64,000 nucleotides of DNA from the human T2T-CHM13v2.0 reference genome, Homo sapiens. The stretch is from NCBI RefSeq assembly GCF_009914755.1, contig NC_060930.1; one strand, given 5' to 3'. Below are positions 54,561 through 64,000 of the stretch, piece by piece (within the stretch, counting starts at the first letter, position 1; the number at the start of each line of letters is the position of its first letter). The notes beneath the pieces were generated by a model that was given only the letters and a program-made list of their open reading frames with translations, was not told the origin of the DNA and searched no databases. Both the position numbers and the translations under genes were made by a program.

Positions 54561-55108
54561 AACATTGGTGCAGGGTGCTCCTTTCTAGAGGCAAGCAGGC
54601 TGGATGATCCTAAAAGATGCTTTGAGATGCGTGCTAAACATCATGTTTTGGAAGAAATTTGCTGCCAGTAAATCCCTACCTCTGAGTCTCTGGTTTCGTT
54701 TTAACAGCTCGTACTCTACAGGTGGTCACAACGCGGAAGGGATTGGAGTGTTTGCAGCCTGGGGAGTTGCTTCTGTAGTTGAGGAGATCTGGAGTGTCGC
54801 CTTCTGGATCCGAGTGGCCCTGCTTATTCATAAGGATGGAAATGACTTGGTATTTAAACAGTGGGGAGTCCAGTTAAGCTCTTCTCTCATTGACTATATT
54901 CAAGATCCCATAGTAGGTATCTCCCCAGCAAAACTACACAGCCTCTGGTGAGGCTGGAGAGCACAGAGAAAACTCCAGATTACCAAACACACTGACAGTG
55001 ACACCACACCCTGGAGCTGTGCGGTGACTCACCCTGCCTGGGTAGGAAAACTCTCCCGTCACTGCTGTGAGCAGGCAACGTTAAGGGGTCCTTGGAAGGC
55101 TGTGCTTG

Positions 55109-55127
55109 TACTGCCATCTAGTGGTTT
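55109..55127 (-). promoter_or_regulatory. CTCF motif (reverse)
   Basis: Reverse complement AAACCACTAGATGGCAGTA is a full match to the CTCF core, in unique DNA that retains CpGs. Confidence 0.7.
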
Positions 55128-55879
55128 AAAAAAGTACGGCTCGCTTTGGGAAGGGTCCTGGATCCCGTAGTCCGAGCTGTGCAGTCAATCACTAAGCACT
55201 AGCATCTTCCTCATGAAAATTTAGTAAGATGAATATTTTATTGAAAACTTGGCATGCTAATTTCCTAATTTAATTTCATCATTCCCCCCACAAAGCACTG
55301 AAAAGTTTGTGAGAGTCAAAATAGAGTGAAGAGCACCAGCCTAGGAGTTCGAAGGCTCCTTTGAGTGACAACTCCCAATATAACTTGGAGGAAGTGGCTT
55401 AAACCTTCTGTTTTCTCTAGGAAAAAAAATGGAAGTTAATTCCCCAAGTGTACCTCTCAGTAAATGGCTGGGAGGTTGAAATGTGGAGCCACTTGTTCTC
55501 CTCTTTCTAACATGCTGCTTCCCTGGCCCCATGTTCTCTGGCTTCTAAGCACACGTTCTTTGCATTTCTTTTTAATTTCTGAATTTCAGGGAAGTAGTCT
55601 TTATCTATGGAGACCCTTTGGTTTCGGAATGTGGGTTTTTCCCTTGAATCAACTGCCCCAAGAATATCAAACAACGCTTACATGGGCCTGTTCTCTGTGG
55701 GTGCTTTTCTCCTTGACATAGCAACAGTTACACCAGCTCTACCCCAAAATGTGCCAAGGTCTTGATACACAAAATTTGGGTGTTGTGTTGAAGTGATAGG
55801 TTCAAGATCCTAAGGGTCAATAGTCTGTAAACCTACTGTTAGGGAATTTTAAACTTCTCCAGTGTGGTGTGTGAGCGCA

Positions 55880-56100
55880 AAGGAGCATAGGACAGGAACT
55901 CCAAAGACCTTGGTCTACTCTCCAGTGCCCTTTGATTCTGGGCTCCTCACTTAACATCAGCACCTTCATCTGTAAAATGGGACTATATAATAAGAACTTG
56001 TCAGGATTGCTAAGGCGATCCAGTGAGGTAATGTTTGAGACAGTTATGTGTAAAGCAGAGAGGCCTGTACTGGTGTTAGTTACTGTCTTTATGATTGTTC
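55880..56100 (+). mobile_element. MIR
   Basis: ttcatctgtaaaatgggact... Confidence 0.7.
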
Positions 56101-57669
56101 CCTCATTTGGCACCTCTTCTATAGCAATTATGGTACTGGATTTGGGGTAACCACCACTACCTCAGGTTTACTAGGTGTATGTGTTTTTCCCTCCAAGATT
56201 TACTGTATTTAAACAATTGATGGATCCACCTACTGTCCTTATTTGAAGATGATGTAGTCACAGCCTATGTGGTTTTGTGAGCCAGCAAAGAATAGTTTAA
56301 TGGTTCAATTAGCTCCTTGAGGAGATACATGGTGGTTGAGATATGCCAAATAAGCAGCATGCAACCTCTGTGGGGAGAAAAGAAGTCAGCCGACTTCTTG
56401 TGAAGACACAGCTTCCTGCAGAGCCAGATGTAGCTCGCGTTTTCCTCTTGCTTGTTCCCAATAGCAGTGCTCAGGGGGGATAAACTTTACTTAACCTAAT
56501 TAATTTTAATCACAGCTTTCAAATCTCATACTGTGAAAAGAATTACAAATTGGAATACATTAATAGAAGCCATAGTTTATGCTGCAAGCTAATCATGAAA
56601 TGTGCATTTACATTTTCTGCATGAGTTTGCAATTACCATTGAAATAAAATGCCGTTATGTCCTTTTAAATTACCAAAATGTGAAGAGCAGATTGAGCCAG
56701 GCCCATTTTTGTGCTACGTTACTACAGGAGTGTCTAAATTCCCAAGAATTAGATGGCTTCCTCCATCTGAGTTGCAGTGAGGAATGATTTCCTGTTGTCT
56801 GCTTTGGGCAATTTCCGTTTTTAAATAAAAATCTTTTAAACTGATTGTACAAATGTCTCACCCGCTTTAACGAGTAGTCCTTTAAATTTAGTACAGAGAA
56901 GAAATTTTATGTGTATGTAAAAATTATGTGTGTGTATACATACGTATATCTACATATGAATGATATATGCATGTAATTTTTCATTTAAGTTCCATGTAAG
57001 CTTTCATGGAGGTACACATGGAAGTAAATGCCAGCTGGTTCCTCAGAGGATCTGAGGCATTTAGAGGAAACACGGAGGGTATAAAAATAAAATTTTAATA
57101 AAGAATTAGCTCCCAAATTAGAATAGAATGGCGAGACGTCTGCAGAGTCCGCATGACTTCTATGTGTGGAGGACTTGGCAGTTTTGCCCCTCTTTCACAC
57201 GCGTCATCTTGCTCGGTCCTCGCAGCAATGATCCTGAGGTGGGCAGCACAGGTGTGATTTGATTGTCTCCATTTTACAGATGAGGAGACTGAGAGCACAT
57301 CAGTGAGGAGCAGAGTGGGTCTTTCAATTCCAGGCGGAGACTCTTTCGGCAGGGAGGCTCCCTCCATCTAGAAACACAATTTTTAAACTATCAGAACTCA
57401 GTAAGGAGGGACAAGTAGGGATAAGCAGTGACTGACCACCTGTTAACATCATCCTGATACCTAAATAAAAGTGATGTAAAACACCATGGGGTGAATGTGC
57501 CTTCATAATAAGTTATGCGGCTTTGGCTGGTTTGTTTGGCCACCTCGCTGGACTTACTCAGACTTTGGATTTTCAGAAATATTTTATATACAATTATGCC
57601 TGAGAATGTTCCTAGCATACTGCTGACTGGTTGTTAAGCATGTGCAGAAATAGCATCCCACAACAACAA

Positions 57670-57869
57670 TGTGAGGAAGGGAAGGTAATATCTTTTCCTC
57701 ACTCATGGAATGAGGGCCTTCGGACCTACTTCAGAGGAAGGTCAGAGAATTCTTTCATGGCCTGCTTCAGGGGAGAATGGCAGGAAAAGGTCAAAGAGAC
57801 CTTCCTGCTTCTGTTTTCTTAAATGCTGAGGTGCTATGTATTGCGGTAGCATGTCTTGAGCCTCATCAT
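57670..57869 (-). mobile_element. Internally deleted ERV1 LTR fragment (MER34-like)
   Basis: aggtcaaagagaccttcctgcttctgttttct...ggtgctatgtattgcggtagcatgtcttgagcctcatca. Confidence 0.55.
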
Positions 57870-57985
57870 CATCAACAACAACCACCACAACAACAATAAT
57901 AGTAAATAGCAGCTACCAAGTGTTGATTGCTTACTATGTTCTAGACACCTTGTCATGTGATGGTCTTTCCCATTTAGTTCTCTGT

Positions 57986-58371
57986 TGATATGGTTTGGCT
58001 CTGTGTCCCCACCCAAATCTCACCTTGAATTGTAATCCCCATAGGATCACCACATGTTTAGGGAGAAACCTGGTGGGGAGTGATTGGATTATGGGGACAG
58101 TTTCCCCATGGGCCTCGCTGGTGATAGTGAGTGAGTTCTCACGAGATCTGATGATTTCATAAGAGGCTCTTCCCCTTTCACTCATTTGCTGTCTCTCTTG
58201 CCTGCCACCATGTAAGATGTGACTTTGCTTCTCTCTCACCTTCCACTATGATTGTAAGTTTCCTGAGGCCTCCCCAGCCATGCGGAACTATGAGTCAATT
58301 AAACCTTTTTCCTTTATAAATTACCCAGTCTTGGGTATGTCTTTATAGCAGTGTGATAATGAACTAATACA
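57986..58371 (+). mobile_element. MSTA/THE1D-type MaLR solo LTR
   Basis: tgatatggtttggctctgtgtccccacccaaatctc...gaactaataca; 5-bp TSD tctgt / tctat. Confidence 0.92.
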
Positions 58372-58729
58372 TCTATCTTCTTTTATCTCAGGTAAATATT
58401 CCATTTCTGCCAAGATGCCCACCAACCAGTGCATGCCAAGACTATGAGGCACCATGAATCCCTGGCTGGCTCACATGAAGGCAAATCCCCTTCAGGACCA
58501 GGAAGGCCCAGGCCACTTTGTCCAAAGGTGGTCCAGTTCCAGATACTCAGGTCTTCTTTAGATGTCACCTTCTCTTGACCTGCTTTCTCTTGGCCTAGCA
58601 CCTCTTTCAGTCACCACCGATATCACTTGCTTTCAGATTCAGATATCTAAAGACCCTCCCCTAGGGCATAACGTCCCGTCTCATCCATCTTTATGAAGAT
58701 AGTGCACAGTGGGGGTGGGGGGTACTTGA

Positions 58730-58950
58730 AAGACCTGGGCTTTCAGATTGTGCAGACCTGGGTGTGAGCTGGGCTCCACTGTGTGCCAGCTGAGATTGAG
58801 TGATTTGCTGAACTGCTCTGCACTTCAAGTTTCTCATCTGTTAGCAGGGATTTAAAATCTGTTTTGCAAGGATGTTGTGTGGAGATGAAATGTGACATCT
58901 ATGTGATGCATGCAAACAGTCCCTGGCACATAATCATTGCTTGATGCCAT
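58730..58950 (+). mobile_element. MIR
   Basis: cagacctgggt...tttctcatctgt...cctggcacata. Confidence 0.7.
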
Positions 58951-59735
58951 GACTCAGAGGCTCTGCCTGGGCCCTTGCCCAAGCTCTTCCATCCTTTTTA
59001 TGTCCCTTAGTATCTTTCTTAGCTCCTATCATAGGAGATATCTGGGCAAGCACCAGCCCCATCCCACAATTTCTACCTCCTTCCTCCCCACTTTCACCCT
59101 CCAATTCTGGGTCCGTGGACTTAGTTACATACTAGTCAGCTCTCTGCCAGCCCTGAGGGCCTGGCTGGACTCCTGCTGGATGGGACCCTGTGCCTCGGGT
59201 GCAGGGAGGATTTGGACAGTCTTCTAGCAGCCTCTGCACCATTGGCCACGGAGTTGAGGGCAGTGGATCCCTATGGTTCATCTCAGTTGCTGTGCCATCA
59301 CGACTGGGGGGCAGGGCGGGGAGCGAGTGGATTAGATCTCAATGTTCAAGTGTGGTCTGTAGACCGGCAGCACTGGCGTCACCTTGGAGCTTGTTAGAAA
59401 TGATAAATCTTGGCCCACTGAATCAGAATCTTCATCTTAACAAGATTTCCAGTCATTCCTTCTGAGCCCTGGGTTAGCCCCCAGTAGGCAAGTGCCCCTC
59501 AAGTCACTACACAGGAGAACTGTGGACAAGGTAATTCTTCCCTCCAGGGTCAGCAAAGGTATCTGCAAATCCTTTAGTAGGGGTGTATGTGTTTAAAACA
59601 CTCACAAAGTCTAATTTATTTATGCAGGAATCATTTTTAAATTTCTTTCCGGATTGTTAAGGTAAACCTTTGAATCCTCAGACCGATATATGATGTAGGA
59701 TGTGGCTGGCCTTGCTTCACGTATAGAAGTCACAC

Positions 59736-59846
59736 CCCACAATAACAATGTAGGGGAGGGAAGGTCATATCTTTTCCTCACCCATGGAACGAGGGCCTTA
59801 TGACCTACTTCAGAGGAAGCTCAGAGAATTCTTTTACGGCCTGCTT
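59736..59846. repeat. 111-bp local direct duplicate of 57657-57767
   Basis: Gapless manual alignment, about 12 mismatches in 111. Confidence 0.9.
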
Positions 59847-59931
59847 AGGTTAGCGGGCCTGTGCCCATGCCATTCAGTAAAGTCTCCCGGAACCATACCC
59901 ACTCTGACGCTTTCTCATTACGGAGACAGAA

Positions 59932-59932
<1 letters not shown>

Positions 59933-59976
<44 letters not shown>
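59933..59976. repeat. (CA)22 microsatellite
   Basis: Pure CA run. Confidence 0.98.
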
Positions 59977-59978
<2 letters not shown>

Positions 59979-59989
59979 CCATGACATGA

Positions 59990-60320
59990 TGTTTTCCACC
60001 CCAGAACCTGTGCTTATATGTTATCTCTTCTGCCTGGGATGTCCTTGCTGTCCTTTGGGTGAATTTTAGTCATCCTTTAAGTTTCATTTAAAGAGACAGC
60101 TCAGCCACAGTGCCCTATGTAAGATGGCTGTGTGATGGTGTTTCTGCTGTTACCACGTTGCATTCCAGTGTTCTGTTGATGGTGTGATCACCTCCTGGAA
60201 ACACTGAACTCAGTGAGGGCAAGGTCTGTGTTGTATTTATTCATCTTTGTATCTCCAACACCCAGCACAATGACAGGCACGCTGGAGATGCCCCATAAAT
60301 GCTTATTGCATACACAGAAA
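59990..60320 (+). mobile_element. L2 3' fragment
   Basis: tctgcctgggatgtcctt...tgagggcaagg...tcatctttgtatctcca...cccagcaca...ataaatgcttattg. Confidence 0.75.
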
Positions 60321-61548
60321 AAAAGCTTAGCTTGCTATGATGGCTTTTCATTTCGTCCTTTGAAGTTTAATCAGAATAAAAGAAAATAACTGCAGACTCT
60401 AAACGTTTGTAAAGTTTCTGTAAAACCTTACAACCCAAATGGAAAAAAAAAAAGATCAAAGGGAAATTAGACAGCAATTTGTTTTAAAAAAAATGTAGTG
60501 GCATTTTAATTAGAGAATATTCTTCTCATTGAAATGAGAAACTCCCAGGGAAATACTTGATATGTTAGAGTCTCCCTCCTCACATTTTTTTCTCCAGCTA
60601 TTATGGGACCTGCTGAGCAGGCTTTGTGAAGGAAAGCTCCTAGGATGCTGCACAATGAAGACACTCAGCACTTACACAGCGCTCTGCTCTTGCCACAATT
60701 AAGCCTTTCACTTCTCCCGGCCCTGCAGCGGGGGAAACCCGAGTTATTTACTGAATTTGCTGGCTAGAAGGCCCTGAGGATAAATGACTTGTTCGAGCCT
60801 AGGCAACTGGACTGTCACAGGCAGAATTCAGAGTTTTGGACCTGTTTCTTATGTCAAGCAGTTTGTTCTGACCTCAGAAGGGAATCCCTTTTTAATAAGC
60901 AATGCACATGGACCCCAAAGAGTCCCCAGAAGGTGGTCGTTTGGAGGGGATCACTGGATATCACAAATCGGTAACATTTTTGAAACTCAATATGGGGATG
61001 ACTGTAGGATTGCCATCTTTTAATCTTGCTAATTAGGAATATGAAGAAAATATATGGCCGGAATTATGCCTTAAAGAAAATAAATGTCTTATACTAAAAA
61101 ATAAGGAATTGTTTCAGAATAAAGCCCAGGTTTTTTTTATTGAATATATTTAGTTTTATTAAAAACACAGCACATTGTAGTTATTTTTATCGTTTTACAG
61201 GAGACCAATGAAAACTGGCAGTTTAGTGTTTGGGAACCACTGTTTTTAACTAAATATGCTAGATCCATATTTTCTGTAGAAACCCCAAAGCCAACCTTCT
61301 CTAGCAGAAAAGTGAGTTAAGATTCACCTGCTGGCATTCCACGCCCAGGGCAGTCACCCACTTCCTCTTTCCACAACTGTGGAAGTAGGCGTTACTTGAC
61401 ATTCTGAAAGTACGTCAGAAAGTAATCCTGACAGCACTTTCTGTAATTGGTGTGTTGTTGCTGTGCTTCATGCTCACTAGAGAGAGAAGATGGAAGACTA
61501 AGGAAGCCTCGATGCAATCTTTCCTACTGAGTTTTAGGTAGGAGTAGG

Positions 61549-61910
61549 TGATACAGTTTGTCTGTGTCCCCACACAAATCTCATCTTGAATTGTAACTTC
61601 CACAATTCCCAAGTGTTGTGGGAGGGACCTGGTGGGAGGTGGTTGAATCATGGGAACAGGTCTTTCTTGCACTGTTCTCATGATGGTGAATAAGTCTCAC
61701 AAGATCTGATCATTTTATAAAGAGGAGTTTGCCTGCACAAGCTCTCTCTCTTTGCCTGCTGCCATCCATGTAAGATGTGACTTGCTCCTCCTTGCCTTCT
61801 GCCATGATTGTGAGGCCTCCCCAGCCATGTGGAATTGTAAGTCCAAAAAACCCCCTTTTCCTGTATAAATTGTCCAGTCTTGAGTATGTCTTTATCAGCA
61901 GTGTGAAAGC
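61549..61910 (+). mobile_element. THE1-type MaLR LTR (3' terminus lost)
   Basis: tgatacagtttgtctgtgtccccacacaaatctcatcttgaattgtaac...tttatcagcagtgtgaaa. Confidence 0.9.
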
Positions 61911-61975
61911 AAAGCAAAACTTTTGAGCTGAGGATTTTATCCTTTGGTGTACTATACTCCACAGGGGAAACAGAA

Positions 61976-62075
61976 AGAGGTTGAGGCTGCAGTGAGCTAT
62001 GATAGGGTCACTGCCCTCCAGCCTGGGTGACAGAGTGAGACTCTGTCTCTTCAAAAAAAGGTAAAAAAAAAAAAT
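61976..62075 (+). mobile_element. Alu right-arm 3' fragment
   Basis: gaggttgaggctgcagtgagctatgat...ctctgtctc followed by an A tail. Confidence 0.9.
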
Positions 62076-62079
62076 TAAA

Positions 62080-62686
62080 AATCTCCCTAAACTCTATGTA
62101 CAAGCTATCCTTCTACCCTCCAATCTGTCCTAGGTGTGGGCCAAACTGACTTTGGGAGAAATTTACAGTTTGAATGATAATAACACTTCCCAAAAACAAA
62201 ACCACCCTTGTAAAACTAATAAAAGGCCACCAGGTTAAGAGGATGGGCGAGGTCACAAGGTTTGCAACATCCCCAATTACTCGTGTAATTAATGTCACTA
62301 TTGTAGAACCTAAGACTGGCCTTTTGAGATCTTTTCAGGCTTTTGCATTTCTGATGACTGGATGGCCCCACCTGGACCTGTGACTCAACCAGTTCTGTGG
62401 CCCCAACCCAGAAGGGGACTCAGCACATGAGGACCATTTTCCACACCCCATGATTGCATCCCCCACCAATCAGCAGCACCCTTTCCCTAGGCGCCTGCCC
62501 ACCAAACTACCTGAAAACCCCCCAACCTTCCAGCTTCTGGAGAGATTGATTCGAGTAATAACTCCAGCCCCTGCTTGGTGTGGCCAGTCTCACCTCAATT
62601 AAACTCTTTCTTTATTGCAATGCCATGGTGTCAGTGGATTGATTTTGTCTGTACAGCAGGCAGGAAGAACCTGTGGGGCGATTACA
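62080..62686 (+). mobile_element. ERV1 LTR (LTR26/LOR1/LTR8-like), 5' truncated
   Basis: ctattgtagaacctaagactggccttttgaga...ccaatcagcagcaccc...attaaactctttct...gggcgattaca. Confidence 0.75.
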
Positions 62687-62960
62687 TGAAGGAGGACAAT
62701 TATGGATTTTTCTTTTATGTTTTCTAACTTTTGTTACTGTATTTATATTACTTTTAGAATTTTAAGTAATTTTGTAATGATGAAGAAATGAGAAAAATTG
62801 AGGAATTACACCTTACTGATTGAGTTTTCCAAAGATGGTCACAAGGTTGCTCCTGCTGCACGCTCCTCTTCCCATGGGACCTTAACACTCCTCCTTTGAG
62901 CTCCTCCCCCAAACCTAGACAGACCCTTGTAACTGCCTCAACTGAACATAGTAGAAGTGA

Positions 62961-63502
62961 TGTTACTGGAAAGGGGTCCTGATCCAGACCCCAAGAAGAG
63001 AGGGTTCTTGGACTTCACACAAGAAAGAATTTGGGGCGAGTTCATAGAGGGAAGTGAAAGCAAATTTATTAAGAAAGTAAAGGAGCAAAAGAATGGCTAC
63101 TTGCAGGAAAAGGATGGGCAATTTCCAGAACTGAGGGTTCCTCTCATTTTTAGACGATATAAGGTAACTTCTTGACATTGCCCTGGCATTTGTAAATGGT
63201 CATGGTGCTGGTGGGAGTGCCTTTTAGCATGCAAATGCATTATAATTAATGTATAATGAGCAGTGAGGATGACCAGAGGTCATTTTCATCACCATCTTGG
63301 TTTTGGCAGGTTTTGGCTGGCTTCTTTGCTGCATGCTGTTTTATTAACAAGGTCTTTGTGACTTGTATCTTGTGCTGACCTCCTATCTCATCCTATGACT
63401 AAAAATGCCTAACCTCCTGAGAATGCAGCCCAGTGGGTCTCAGCCTTATTTTACCCAGATCCTATTCAAGAGGAAGTCACTCTGGTTCCAAGGCCTCTGG
63501 CA
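62961..63502 (-). mobile_element. MER41 (B-like) solo LTR
   Basis: tgttactggaaaggggtcctgatccagacccc...ctattcaagaggaagtcactctggttccaaggcctctggca; perfect TSD GTGA. Confidence 0.9.
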
Positions 63503-63529
63503 GTGACACAATGTAACTTGTGAGGCTAG

Positions 63530-63955
63530 TGTTCAATACAGTTTATAGGAGCTCACTATTTTGGACTGAGCTCCTGTAGACTCAACAGACCAAACCAAAA
63601 CAGCATCATTCGTGCCAAAGTTTCATATCACCACACCAATATTTGTCTGACCTCCCCAGGAATCAGGAAAGAGAGAGAAATAATAGCCAAATTCTGAAAC
63701 AGATCACTTTTGGCCAGCAGGATAAGAAAATCCACTCTGCTTTACAAGGAAAGTAGCTTTGAAATGACCAATCTGCTTTTTGTTCCTTGTTTCCGCCTTC
63801 TGTGGCCTTTTTCTCTCTGTAAATACTCACTGCCCATGTTGCAGAGTGGAGTTCTTGGAACCTTTTCTTGTTCTGAGGGTTACTCAATTCTCAAGTCATT
63901 CTTTGCTCTAATATACTCTGTTAAATTTATTTTGGGTAAAGTTTTTCTTCTATCA
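63530..63955 (+). mobile_element. MER4-group ERV1 solo LTR (subfamily uncertain)
   Basis: TG...CA ends; ttggactgagctcctg...agaccaaaccaaaa; TSD ctag / ttag. Confidence 0.8.
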
Positions 63956-64000
63956 TTAGATTGTAAAAATTCTATATACTTCTGCTTGGCACCTTGGGAT

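Larger units (their letters stand above)
62820..64000 (+). mobile_element. Old MLT1(G/H-like) LTR hosting two ERV1 LTRs
   Basis: ccaaagatggtcaca...cttgtaactgcctcaactgaa...agaagtga | cacaatgtaacttgtgaggctag | attgtaaaaa...cttctgcttgg. Confidence 0.6.

Noticed and set aside
54604-54951. 115-aa ATG ORF near the CTCF site
   Set aside because: No homology recognised and no promoter or polyA support

Overview
Human/primate genomic DNA, repeat-rich and apparently intergenic or intronic. It holds Alu (J, S, Y, FLAM), L1M, L2, MIR, MaLR/ERVL/ERV1 solo LTRs and MER/Tigger DNA transposons. I found no intact protein-coding gene, RNA gene or CRISPR array, and could not place the locus. Most of the ORF track is repeat-derived or chance. 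Two decayed coding relics stand out. (1) A minus-strand, apparently single-exon relic at about 8740-10005 resembles cystinosin (PQ-loop/SLC66 family); its reading frame rejoins exactly when a solo ERV1 LTR (9164-9768, TSD CTGG) is removed. (2) An isolated decayed copy of an RNF17 Tudor-domain exon lies at 1684-1835 with its splice acceptor. Regulatory candidates are a convergent pair of near-identical CTCF motifs (52778/55109), a GAS + IRF-E cluster (34179-34266), an AP-1 cluster (41.5-43.8 kb) and a MER41 copy with altered STAT/IRF sites. Protein and repeat comparisons use remembered reference sequences, not searches. Subfamily names and old-repeat boundaries are approximate.
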